A stretch of DNA of 63,265 bases, the filler included, from Choristocarpus tenellus KU-1152 (lineage: Eukaryota > Protista > Phaeophyceae), in the NCBI GenBank assembly GCA_964200185.2. It is 8 parts of 8 records of this genome, joined end to end, with 100 filler letters (N's around TTAATTAATTAA, not from the genome) between each part and the next. Parts side by side here need not be neighbours in the genome. Positions count along the whole stretch, not along the records: positions 9,962 to 21,837 come from CAXNAD020002084.1; positions 21,938 to 28,633 come from CAXNAD020007549.1; 6 more parts are not named here. One strand, written 5' to 3'. The notes beneath the pieces were generated by a model. It was given only the letters and a program-made list of their open reading frames with translations, ran no database searches and had not been told where the DNA came from. The position numbers were made by a program, and so were the translations under genes. This document shows, piece by piece, positions 13,080 to 24,985 of the stretch (within the stretch, counting starts at the first letter, position 1; each line of letters opens with the position of its first letter).

Positions 13080-16000
13080 TCACCCCTTTTCAACCTCAGG
13101 ACCTGAAGTACCCCATTGGAACCTCTGTGTCCAGGGGAAAAGAACTGGTACTGTGGAAGTGTATGTCAGATACAACGGATCAGACTTGTACTTTGCTTCC
13201 TGGCGCCCTTCCAGACCCTTGGTTGCTCTTGCAATGGTTGAAAAAATCTGGAAAGTACCTAGAAACCCAAATGCCCAGTGATACCTTTGAGGCAGTACAA
13301 GCAGTGGTTTGGTGGGATGAGGGCACAATAGCATCGGGAGTTAAATGCTGTGTTAGAACCAGTGTACCAGGGACTAGATCAAGTACTATCAGGAGTAAAA
13401 AGATTAAGGGAGAGGAAGGGGGGGAGGAGGATGTCTAGCATGTTCATTGAGGGGTATGGGTTGCACTGTTGACCAAAACGAAATTGTACTATTAACGAGG
13501 TGATTGGAGGTATTGTACCTTTTGCAGTCAATATCATACATGGATACCTCTTTTGTCCTACACAGTTCAAGACATCCCATCTATAATCACCGTTGTTGAC
13601 AGACATTCTGCGGCACACCAGCCTCACACCATCAATACTATATTCCACCGTCCAAGTCATAGTGCTGCTCTTTGTAACAGATTGAGTATATATATATATA
13701 TATATGCATGTAATGCTGTCCTCAAAAAGTGTGTATATACTTAACACACATCATAGACGGCTGCAGGGGGGTGGTGATAGTCATACTTGATAGTCATACT
13801 TCATAGTCGCACTTCGGGTGGAAAACTGACTGGGCAGGACCTTTTAACAGCTACAATTTACCCAAGTACAGCCTAACCACAGTACCAATCAAAGATGGCT
13901 ACACGGTCCCTAAGTGTTCCCTCACAACCAAAAACAAAATACTTACAAGATGCAACCCACCCCCCGTTGCAAATTCTTAGGGTTAGGGTTACACACACAC
14001 ACACATGCAAACAATGAGCCAATTACACACAGGAATTCTGGTCTTCTATCTTACATCAACACGGACTCTTGGACCGACTGGCAACAACGCCCCTCGAAAG
14101 CAAAAATGGGGTATGTTCATCGCCTCACTTAGAACATGCTCTTGCTTGATCCACTCTGGATCTAGGGTCCATTCATTGGATGCGTGTTGCGTCAACTAAA
14201 GCAACACACGGTCCAAGATATAACAAAGCGAGTTTTGAACAATGTCTACGCTTAGAAACGGGGCTATCGGTAGGGTTCACCTGTTGATACTGATACACCC
14301 GAGGAAACTACTCTTCACCTCTCATCCAAGCTCAACAAACTGCAGACACATAATCATAAGCAAATGTCCCGGTGCTTAGAGGGTAAAGATCGCTATCGAA
14401 GCAAACATCCACTAACACATACCTATCTTCTCACAACCTCCATGAAATAATTAAAATATACGTGTTCCTACTCTAGAGTGTAACTCTTGGATGTGCCCCC
14501 AACAGAGCATAAGAATGAATTTATGTAAAAAAAAAAACGTGTGCGTGAATGCCCGCACCGGGGGCTCCCACCCCGCAGAGCATGCCCCGGGGGAGGCAAC
14601 CCCGCACCCCCCCCACCAGACAATCTCACCGAGGTAGTTTGGATGCCTGCACAGGCGATACAAACCCCTGAGAACAGAAACCCAATGGGCCATCACTTCA
14701 GGGTTAGGGTTAGGGTGGGTTGTAGGTCATGGAAGGGACAACACATGCTGAATCATGCATGGGTAGAGGTTAGCAAGGGAGGTCAAAAAGGACATATGCC
14801 AAGGATTAGGGTTAGGGTTAAGGATGGGGTGTAAGATTAGTGGGTGTGAACAACATCGATGTCACATGTTCTAGCCCCTAAGGGGGACAGTGCCAGCACA
14901 TCAACCCCTCAAAAAAGAGATGCGCATGCAGCATGTGAAGTGGAGAAGGGGTCTCTAGTATATTTATGGTCCAACGAGCAGATAAAACCCTAACCCTAAA
15001 CCTACTTTGAAGTACATACCCTGATCTAAGTGTTACACTGACTCCATTTCCACTTTGTTCATCCTTCAACAGACTAGGGTACAGTAGCGAAGCCTCATCT
15101 TAAAAAAAAGGTAACGATTAAGACTTGGGTTAGGGTCAGGGTTTGCACACGAGAACTGTAGTGGGTGTGCAAACCCTAACCCTAACCCCTCCAGGAAACA
15201 CACACGCACGCAAGCACACATACAGCATATAGTTGAGCATTTCAAAGACTGCTTAAAAAAAATAAGATAGTCAAAGAGGAAGCAGGTGATCGATCCTTCC
15301 CCTCACATATCACAGAATGTTTGGGGCTGCTTCTCCTTGAAAGCAGACTTCTGATAGTCACCCACAGTCTCCAGCAGCAGGCCTACAGCCATGCAGAAAA
15401 TACCAAACTGGGATATGCCCAAGAAACCCTGAGGAGAGCCGGTGCAGCAAACAGGGTTAGGGTTTCACCTGTTCAGTGACCATCGAAGGTGTATTATGGT
15501 CAATGCTAATTAGTGGGAATAAGGTTTGGAATGCACATGGATTTTGCATCTAAGGAGGCGTTTTGGTAAGCACTCCACATCCGAGTTTCATTCATGTCAC
15601 ATGGTGATGACTCTATCAGGAAAAACACATGTATCTAGAGCTCTCATTGTGGAGGGGCAGACATATTTTACATTGTTCCGTGGTACATCAGGTTAGGGTT
15701 AGGGTACCCTCAACATCAACATATTCCACCAAAAGTGGTCCAACAGTTGTGGTTGTCTGCTAACCCTAACCCTAACCTTAACCCTACCCATTGGCATGTA
15801 TCACCAGAGTGTTAGGAGACAGGAAGGACAAGTTGTAACTGGCAGCAAAAGCAAGTGTGAACATTCTTTCCTACATACACAGCATCCCATAGCATTCTCC
15901 TGTGGCTTCCTTGCCTGCGCTGCAGGGAGTCTCCTCAGGGCATGAAGGCAGGGAAGGAAGAGAAGAGCATACAAGGTGGAGCAGCTACCCCAGAACACAG

Positions 16001-17640
16001 CCAGACTTCCACCGGAGGTGGGCTTGGCCACCCTTCTGCAGTATCACAACCGTGGTTTGTAAAGAGGCGTGTTCATGGTCAAGGGCATCATTAGGGCATC
16101 ATTAGTATGAAGTGTTGGGTTTCTACACCACAACAGTCGGAGGCAAACAATCTCTAGCACATCTTCAGAGGTATACCTGCTGATGTCCTTGTAATTGCTG
16201 AAACAAAGCACCAAGTGATGGTAAAAAATCAAATCAAATCAAAGTCATTCGACTGGCTTCACAGATGTGATATCTAGGCTGCGGCTTTGCTCTTCACACT
16301 GTGTCCCTGCTCCTCAAACTTGTATCAGCCCTAACCCTATAACCCTATTACACCAATCACTCGCTTCGGTCTCTTCTGGAAAGACTCGAGTCCTTCCCTC
16401 CACAGGCAGAAGAGACTAAGCCTCAGGCCATAAGCCAGCACGCCTCCGGTGTGTAACGCCTGAAGCAATGTAAGGGTGTCCCGGAAGAGCCACAACCCCA
16501 GTGCTGCCTTCCTCCCCCATCATGAGGAGTAAGATAGAAAATAACCAAAGAGAAACGAGCAAGGGAAAAAGCACTTTTGAAAACGATGCCATGTCACACT
16601 GATCGATTTTTCAGGAGAAGTAAGAAGATACTATGTAGTGATGGCAATGCTGAGGTGCATCTTTCCGACTAAATTTAACAACTTGGGGTCCTCGATGACT
16701 TGGTTGACATTTACTCGCCACATTTCTCTTGTCCAATACGAAGACGCAGGCTGGATCCACTAGTTGACTAAGGGAAAATACCTATGGTGAAGAATGAAGC
16801 AGAACAAGCAATTGACGAGGAGTTCTAAACTGAGCACGAATCACACACACACACACAGAATTGTGCCAACAAACCTGTGCGAACATGGACAATCCGTAGC
16901 CGTAGCTGACAAAGTGTTCTTTCACTCTAAATCCGCCAGAAGAGAGCACCGAAGACAACGCCAGTCCCTTTATTCAAAGCAGTAAACGTTTGCGAGAAAT
17001 CAAGCAGGAGGTAACAGCGCCACAGAGAGTGGTCCAAAGAGAAATACACGTGTTTGGATGTAAAAGGGAGTTACTATTACGATGTACAAGCTTTCACAGC
17101 ATTCTCGTACTATTTTCTGCTACTATACTGGCATCTGCTAGCATATGATACCTCGGATTCATCGCACAACTACATCAAATCATCTCTTAGTATCCAGTCC
17201 CGAAATCCATGTTTCCTCTGCCCATCAAATGGGGCTGCACGAAGTCCATTGATCCAAACTCGAAACTTTACCTACAATATAGTCCATAACTCTAAAACAG
17301 CAAAGCTCACCTGTAGAAAGAGCAAGTCAACTCCTGAAAGAAATGACATGGTCGCAGGAAAGGCTAATGCTGACGCTGATGCTAGGCGACCCACCAATTT
17401 CGACGGTTTATCGACTGGTGGGATACATGCATTCGCGTGAACATCAATGCCAGCGTTGATATGGGACACCATCAAACCAACAGGCGAGTGACTGCCAGGT
17501 GAGCGAAGGACTGCATCATGAGACGAACTTGTTGAGGTACAGGTTCTTGGGCGAATCGGTGATGCATGAAATCCCAGTGACGACTGGAATTTGCAACATA
17601 CGATAAGAAGGAGAGCGCATCTGGACATTTTGAATGCCAT
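13080..17640 (-). CDS. DUF1295 / steroid 5-alpha-reductase-like membrane protein with bipartite plastid presequence, 7 exons
   Basis: Exons 17311-17640, 16875-16967, 16365-16507, about 15915-16035, 15307-15428, 14572-14667, 13080-13284. Motifs FVSYGYG, YGLRLSLFCLWRE, LETVGDYQKSAFK, GLYRLCRHPNYLGEIVWW, ATKGLEGRQEAKY..DPLY..Y...VPVLFP. N-terminus MSRCALLLIVCCKFQSSLG-FH. Confidence 0.88.
13976..16347. repeat. Cluster of short interstitial telomere-like (TTAGGG)2-4 tracts in introns
   Basis: Tracts near 13977, 14700, 14806, 14987, 15127, 15173, 15453, 15691, 15761, 16329, in both orientations. Confidence 0.85.
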
Positions 17641-17801
17641 ACATGCGGGTAGTTAAAGTCCTCAACAGACTGGAAGTAGTAGTAGTTCATACAACCTGTA
17701 TACATGAATAATAGGATATAACGGCAAACTCACACGCCATAAAAGTTGTATAACAACCGTATTTTGAACACTTACATAAGGTGAGACAGGTAGGTGGGTT
17801 G
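17641..17801. promoter_or_regulatory. Probable bidirectional promoter region (161 bp)
   Basis: Lies between divergent ATGs at 17640 (-) and 17802 (+); positional inference only. Confidence 0.5.
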
Positions 17802-19064
17802 ATGCTGCTGGCATCCAGAGGACGGAGGCTACGGCCTCTCCTTCCTTACCCTCATAGTAACCATGTGTTTACTGAACAGTTGCCGGTATGGTGTGACTTG
17901 GGCTTCCACGCAAGAGAGCTGGCATGGAGCGGATCGAGAGTAGTGCTTCACGCCCAGGTTAGTCGGCACTTCAGAGGAGGAGAGAGGAATGCTTTGGCTG
18001 CAGGCGAGCTATTGGAAACTTTTGGAAGACCGATGAGGTTCTACTCATTGAATGGTTGTACAGAAACTGTCCAAGAAACTTCGAAGTTCACCAGAGAGCA
18101 TCGCTTAGACATGGAGGTAGTAGATGGTCCTAGACCACACACATGGAACAAAGATACGTCTGATGCAGAGGTTAACCTTGAGATAAGGAGTGACACTGTC
18201 ACTGATCGGAGTGATGTAAATCGATCAACAAATAGTGCTTCGGAAGCGTCAGATGGGCAAGTCAATGAGGGCAGACCCACCAAGGGGGATGACATCCCAG
18301 TGACCAGGTTCAGGGGCGTGTGGGACCCTGTCAGAGGGTTGAGGCTTGGGGTGGAGCCGACATCTCCCTATCCAGGAGCCCTGAACATTGAATCTAGTGT
18401 GGGTGTTGATGCTGCTAATACCCAGCCCAATGTCCGTTCTATATTGGAAAAATACCTGTCCCCAGCGCGGTCACATTCCCCTAACACGATTCGTGGGGGG
18501 AAGAAAGGGATGTTTAAGCGGACTAAAGCACCCCTTGAAAGAGCTTCAAGAAAAATGCGCATGCGGCAAGTACTAGGTGAGCACCATAATGATACAGTGG
18601 CACAGCTAAAATCTCTCCCCAATACAAGAATGAACCCAGTGGTGGCGCAGGGAAGTGGGGACAGGGTTGAGGGGAGCTTGCCATACCATATGACCCCAGG
18701 GACAGCATGGTCAAACCCTCATGCACGTATTAATCTCTTGAGGCTGCTACAAAAGATCTCCGGAGACCAAGGCCTGTGGAAGGAAGCCTTGAAAACCGGG
18801 ATTGATAAGGTAGGAACGTGTAGAGGGAATATTACCAAAGAAACATTTGCAAACAATGAAATAGACTAGGTTTTGCTTTGATCCAGTGGAATCAACCCTC
18901 TAATCATTTGCATTACCAAGGAGAAACATTGCCTCAACCCAAGAATGACAAGAGGGTTTATACTACTTCAAAATGTTGCTCTACCTGAAGTACTCCTCAG
19001 GTCCATGCATGCAACTGAAATTACACAGAAGATTGAGGATGCCATCCAGTCTATTTTAGTTGAG
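17802..19064 (+). CDS. Hypothetical protein with Arg/Leu-rich N-terminus (possible mitochondrial presequence); 3' exons unresolved
   Basis: 1008-nt open exon 17802-18809 ending AAG|GTAGG; candidate in-frame exon 18921-19064; further candidate exons near 19223, 19536 and 19841. No family recognised. Confidence 0.6.
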
Positions 19065-19279
19065 GCATGAAGAGCAAATACTCAACATTTCCAGAGACGA
19101 ACTGAACCAGATGATCCTCTGACCGTAAGACTATTTAACAAAGATTTCTGCAATATTGATGTGGAGAGCACTTTCACTTTCTCCTGACATTGCTTTGATG
19201 GTTGTGTTAGTGGTAAGGTAGGTGGAGGGCTATACTACGAACCAAGGTGTCACAGTCCCTGGGCATGGTCTATGTATTA

Positions 19280-19280
<1 letters not shown>

Positions 19281-19317
<37 letters not shown>
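19281..19317. repeat. (ATT)n microsatellite
   Basis: Direct reading. Confidence 0.9.
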
Positions 19318-20412
19318 TGGTTGTTCCTGCTGATGTTGATTGTATTGAATTCATTGTGTTGTAGTTTACTGTGCACTGTCCTCTGTCTCTTTCCCCTTTC
19401 CCCCCACGCATCCTAAACTCTGCCTGCCTCTTTAACCTCGTCAACAACATGTGGAACGCCTCCTATATCTTCTCAACAACTGCGAACAAACCTCAAACAC
19501 AAATTACTGGGTGATGACGCCTTCCTTATTGTCAGGAAACCTGGAAGAAGGCGTGTGCCCTGTTCATTGGACGAACCATGACTGCACCAGATACTACACT
19601 GTCAGGTGACTGGAAACCCTCAGCAGTAGGGCTCTCTTCTGTTTTTGTTTCAAAGTTTCAGAGGGCTCCATCCTTATCACCATCCTTATCACCATTGTAG
19701 CTCTCCATAACCTCCCTCTCTGCCTTCCATTGGCAACATTGAAGGTCTATCAATTCCCAATCCTGTGTACCAACCTCACACATTTCCCTAATATTGCCCT
19801 CTCCCCCCTCCTCACTCCCTTGGTGAATAGAATATATCCAGAGGTCCCTTTCAGCTCTTGTGGTGAAGTCAACACCTTCCGGGCCCAAGCAAGTGTCAAA
19901 GAACTCATTGAAGGATAGAGACCGTCACATTTTGATGACCCTCATGTTCAAGTGAGCCAACTGCCTCTGTATTGTAGAGACCCCTGTTGTGCTCAGTGGT
20001 TGTTCTGCTGCGATAGGATATCGATTGATTTAGTAGTTCTGGTTGCAATAAATCTTGTGGATACATCCCAGCCCTATCCTTGTGCTGTGTACCAACACCA
20101 TCATGTTGTGTCCTTTTGGAGTTGTATTACATTGGGTGGGATGTTTATCCAGTAAGGCATAGTCGTGATAGGACATTGAAGTCTGGAGACAAGTACTCAG
20201 CTAATGAATGACCTCAATGTTCAGATCAGGGCAGGGAATTGGAAAGCAAGATTGATCCTGGGATGTAAATAGTCTCTCAGAAGATATGTTTCAGGTAGTG
20301 CTTTCAAGTTCCACTTACCATGGTTTATGCCAGCAGCTTCAGTTGCTGACAATCTGTCTCAATTTGTTGTAGACTCTTTTTCCTCAAGTTGTCGTCTTGT
20401 AGTAGATATTAC

Positions 20413-20831
20413 GGTATATGTGACAATATGTGACATTTCTTATGATGTGTGACAGTATGTGGCACTTGTTACGATACGTGACAATATGTGACACTTGTTA
20501 TGATATGTAACGATATGTGACATTTCCTACGATATTTGATATTATGTGACACTTCTTACGATATGCGACAATATAAAGAGACATTTGTTATGATATTTGA
20601 TCATATGTGGCACTTCCTACGATATGTGACAATATAAAGAGACACATCTTATGATATTTGATAATATATGACACTTCTTACAATATGTGACAATATAAAG
20701 AGACATTTTACAATATTTGATAATATGTCACACTTCTTACGATATGTGACAATATAGACACATTTCTTACTATATGTGACAGTATGTGACACTTCTTACG
20801 ATATGTGACATTTCTTACGTTATGTGACAAT
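20413..20831. repeat. Minisatellite of TATGTGACA-based units (about 29-bp higher-order unit)
   Basis: Alternating TATGTGACAA and TATGTGACACTTCTTACGA variants. Confidence 0.9.
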
Positions 20832-21324
20832 ACCGCTCAAAAGTGGATAGTGAAAAAAAAACAGATCGATATCGTTGTTAGTGATGTTTGTGAGAGTCTT
20901 AACCCTAACTCTACAAGTGGTAATGACGGAAGAGATTGAGTCACCACAATGATTTTTTTGGTTTGTGAATCAAACATACATAGAAGAAAAAAGGGGGGGG
21001 GGGTGGGACGAAATTGAGTGAGTAGGGGACATTTTTTCAGAATCGAGAATCAATCAGGTCAATAGAATAGCTTTGTTGTCACAGTATTGAGGCAATGAAA
21101 ATAAAGTTAAATAAAGTTAGATAAAGTTAAATAAAGTTAGATGCTTTCATTGTCAGGCGTTCATTTACCTCTATGTTTGCAGGGTGATGGAACTGGCGGA
21201 AGTGGAATTTTCGGAGGAATTGACCAGAAGCAGGATGCTGGTAAAAGTGATGGACATGCAGAATCCCCATCAATGGTACCCTGTGACTAGGCTGTCCAAG
21301 AGGCGCATCATATTCCATGGAGGT

Positions 21325-21837
21325 AATACATTATGGTATGGTATATAGTATGGTATGGTATACATTATGATAATGGTATACATTATGGTATGGTATATAG
21401 TATGGTATGGTATACATTATGATAATGGTATATAGTATGGTATGGTATATAGTATGGTATGGTATACATTATGATAATGGTATACATTATGGTATGGTAT
21501 ACATTATGATAATGGTATATAGTATGGTATGGTATACATTATGGTTGGTATGCATTATGGTATGGTATATAGTATGGTATGGTACACATTATGGTTGGTA
21601 TGCATTATGATAATGGTATACATAATGGTATGGTATACATTATGGTATGGTATACATTATGATAATGGTATATAGTATGGTATGGTATACATTATGATAA
21701 TGGTATACATTATGGTATGGTATATAGTATGGTATGGTATACATTATGATAATGGTATACATTATGGTATGGTATACATTATGGTATGGTATATAGTATG
21801 GTATGGTATACATTATGATAATGGTATATAGTATGGT
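21325..21837. repeat. Modular minisatellite (TATGG / TATACATTATGATAATGG / TATATAGTATGG)
   Basis: Near-perfect modules in shuffled order, running into the contig end. Confidence 0.95.
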
Positions 21838-21937
21838 NNNNNNNNNNNNNNNNNNNNNNNNNNNNNNNNNNNNNNNNNNNNTTAATTAATTAANNNNNNN
21901 NNNNNNNNNNNNNNNNNNNNNNNNNNNNNNNNNNNNN
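21838..21937. other. Artificial contig spacer
   Basis: N44-TTAATTAATTAA-N44. Confidence 0.98.
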
Positions 21938-22099
21938 AGATGTCAGCACCCTTGTCCTGGACACATCTTTTCGTAGCGTAGGCATTTTATCTACTCCGAA
22001 ACATTTTGGAATAGGTAGAATGTCCTTAAAATCCGTGGGAAGCCAAGGCCCAAATGGACAAACAGGGAAAAATTCGTACCCTCTAAGATACTTTTATTC
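21938..22099 (-). mobile_element. MITE family A, partial, at contig start
   Basis: Matches 10797-10960 and ends TACCCTCTAAGATACTTTTATTC. Confidence 0.85.
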
Positions 22100-22149
22100 A
22101 GTTTGTAGTCCCTACAGCGAGAGCGCTCCTAGGCTCTCCACCATCTGCT

Positions 22150-22680
22150 ACCTCTCATTGCAGAGAGAAATAGCGCAAACGAGCAGCTTGTTGAATCTTA
22201 GCTCTCGTATACTCACTCTTATGATGATGCTGAAGGTATTGTTTGGTTACCTGGTAGTCATTGTCCAAACAATCTAACATGGCAATTTGAAGCACCTGTT
22301 GGAAATCACATGCCCCATCATCGCAATCTGGCCAACCCAGTCCAACATCTTCGTAAAAGCGATTTGGGGGTCTGACCCCCGTGGCATCTTGACTGCCATC
22401 ACCTTCTTTTCAAGCCTAGCTATCACCTCATCTGAATGGATGAGGAAATGTTCACATTGCTATTGCCAAGCTCCTGAAGGTGACGCTGCATTGCAGACAA
22501 AGCACCTGTATAACCCGCTGGTATTCCTCAACAGAACGTCATATGCCTTTTTAGTCTTGGTGACCTCTTCTTCATCCACACTTTCACCCTTGATGAAATC
22601 AATATCACCCACCCTGATGGGTTCCTCCCTGACCTTGTGTGAAACCCATTAGAAGCCGTAAGTGATGTAATACCCTCAAA
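22150..22680 (-). pseudogene. Ty1/Copia gag relic (stop and frameshift)
   Basis: Minus-strand translation KKAYDVLLRNTSG...SPSGAWQ*...IARLEKKVMAVKMPRGSDPQIAFTKM...LQIAMLDCLDNDYQVTK matches the Copia gag (UBN2-type) pattern. Confidence 0.7.
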
Positions 22681-22919
22681 CTAAACCAGTCCGGCTGCGC
22701 CTCCCCTACCTAGAGTTTGGATGAGGCGCTTAAGTGTGTTGAGAAGCTTGGCGCATGTAAGGCTTGTCACCGAAATATAGTAGTTGAGTTACATGGTAAA
22801 ACATACACTGAATAATAATTATCCACTGGGTGCCGCCCAGTATCACTACACTTTATTGACCCACCATACTGCTGTGTACGTTACTACTTTGTATTGCGCC
22901 AAACCAAGGATAAACGTAC

Positions 22920-24466
22920 ATGAAACCTATGTTATATACTTGTATCAGCACAGACAACGTTAGGATAACACTAGGTTATTCGACAGACACACCTCGGTAT
23001 GTTTGGCGCCCCTCATAGACTTGGCGTCAGGCTTCAGCGTCTGTGCTTTCTCCGTGATGGTCCTTGCCTCCTTCTTCAACTTGTAGAGGGTGCTGTGACC
23101 GATTCCAAACTTTTGAGCAACCACAGTTCCAGTCATGGTCTTCAGGAGTTTCAATGCTTCCACCTTCTCTGCAAAGCTCAAGCGTTTACGATTGTCGGCA
23201 CCACGAGGCTTGTAAGGACGCGACGTTCTCCATAAGATATATTTGGCAGCACCTTCCCCTTGCCCTTGTTCTTGTTATCATGGCGCTTCGACGGTGTGCT
23301 GTCACTGGCTGGGGGACTCGAAGCTTTTCACTTGGTGAGGCTCACGCACAATTTCCAAACGCGTTTCATTTCGCTGGCACCAAAAGGATCCGCAACACCG
23401 CAAATACCATGAAGATAGCCGCTACAACGTGACACTTCGGTATGTATAGTGTGGATCAGGAGTATTACCCTGAATGTTGCAACTGGATCCCACTGCGCAG
23501 GGCAGTGTTGTATCTGTACAATGCAGTCGTCTAAACCTTGATCTGATATACTGTATGTACTCTACTGTATAGTACTGAGAGACAAAAGACTGTACTACTG
23601 GTATCGAGCAGTTTGGTGGCTTACTTTTTTATATTTTGCTTAACTTTAGAAATGGCTTGTTGTTTTGCTCACGAATTCTGTATTATTATTATTATTTTAT
23701 TCTACATTTGTATTCCTCCCTATTCCCTTTTCTCCCCACATTCTAACAACCCTTGTGAACAACCAGTGCGACCCCTTTCGCCACTGATTTCCGGTCTCTA
23801 CCACCCCTTTCAGCCCTATTCAACCCCACTCAACCCCACACCACTTGCCACTCCACCACACCATGCAACACCACTCAATACCACTCCATAATCGTCCAAG
23901 AATCCTCCTTCATCGTCCTCTTCATACCGTGCCTTTGAGCTAGAAGACATCTACCCCGCCCGAACTTGACCTCCCCTTCCATCCTAAGATCCAAGTCGGC
24001 TGTGAGCAAGCGACAGGGCGGGTGGGCGGGAAAGCTTGCTCGGGGGTCCTCTTGATCTAGCCCTCCTCGTCTTGTCCCCCAGTCTCAGGTTTCCTCATTC
24101 GATTCAATACTGTTCATTCCTTCTCCCCTTGTGCCTCCGTCTGCCACCTATTTTCTTAACCACTCAATCTTTAACTCTTCGTTCCCTCCTTGATACTTTA
24201 ATTTCTTTACTGTCCCCTTCCTTGCCTTGTGCCCCCCAACCAACCAGAATTCTTCCGCCCACAAAATTCAGATGACTTCATAAACTTTCCCTTTGGGAAA
24301 CCCCTAGGTCAAGTAGTGAAAAAAAAGCAAGTTTGCTCGATATAAGAGAGAATTGGGAGGAATCCGAAACCTCTCTTATAGCCTAAAAAGTCGTGACAAG
24401 GCAATTTACCTCTCTTATATCCCGTTTTCTCTAATATCGACCTCTCTTATATAGGTACACCGACTG
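22920..24466 (-). mobile_element. pogo/Tigger-type element, diverged partial copy 1 with about 600-bp unrelated insert
   Basis: End reads TA|CAGTCGGTGTACCTATATAAGAGAGG on the minus strand (24466); repeated CTCTCTTATA subterminal motifs; HTH KRLSFAEKVEALKLLKTMTGTVVAQKFGIGHSTLYKLKK; 23660-24290 is absent from the other copies. Confidence 0.8.
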
Positions 24467-24559
24467 TAAGCCTAAACAGGACCCACTTTGACTCTTTCCG
24501 GACTCAACTAAGGCGCCTTCTTACCTGATGAAGTGGAGCAAGAGAAGGGAAGAAAAGTC

Positions 24560-24985
24560 CCGTGCTACCTAGCCCTGGCATGCCATCGGAGCCAATGTGG
24601 ACAAGTTGCAAATGCATGGGCCTCAACACAACCCCTGGAGCCGGCATGCCAGATCCCCCCCGTCGAGTTCAAATTCACTGTCAGCAGATCCCTAGAGAGA
24701 GAAGAGGCCTTATCAAACAGGTGCCTGGTTACTTGTTCCAAGAGACAGAATGTGGATACCGGATATGCCCGCACCTGGCCTAGGGCAGGAGGACAGGTTC
24801 GCCAACACACACCGATGGTGAAGCGTCTGGGGCAACTATTCAAAGGAATGGGCATCCCTTGGACTGTGGAGGACGGCAGCCCATTCACTGTCAACAGGGA
24901 TTTCCGCATGGATCTGGTCTTTCATGCTGATGCACTCGCGGACACCAGATCAGCTCCCTACGGAGATAACATTGTTCTACTTCTA
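24560..24985 (+). pseudogene. CRE-like (RLE clade) non-LTR retrotransposon relic, Zn knuckle plus restriction-like endonuclease region
   Basis: C..TC.....DTGYARTW..AGGQVRQH..MV..L...VEDGSPF....FRMDLV follows the CCHC-RH-E-(P/M)D order of RLE domains, with substitutions. Confidence 0.6.

Noticed and set aside
14541-15069. ORFs containing RVRVRV
   Set aside because: Translation of TTAGGG tracts in introns or antisense to the DUF1295 gene.
21407-21610. Hydrophobic repetitive ORF, plus similar ORFs at 39543-39891 and 41105-41359
   Set aside because: Translations of minisatellite or microsatellite DNA.
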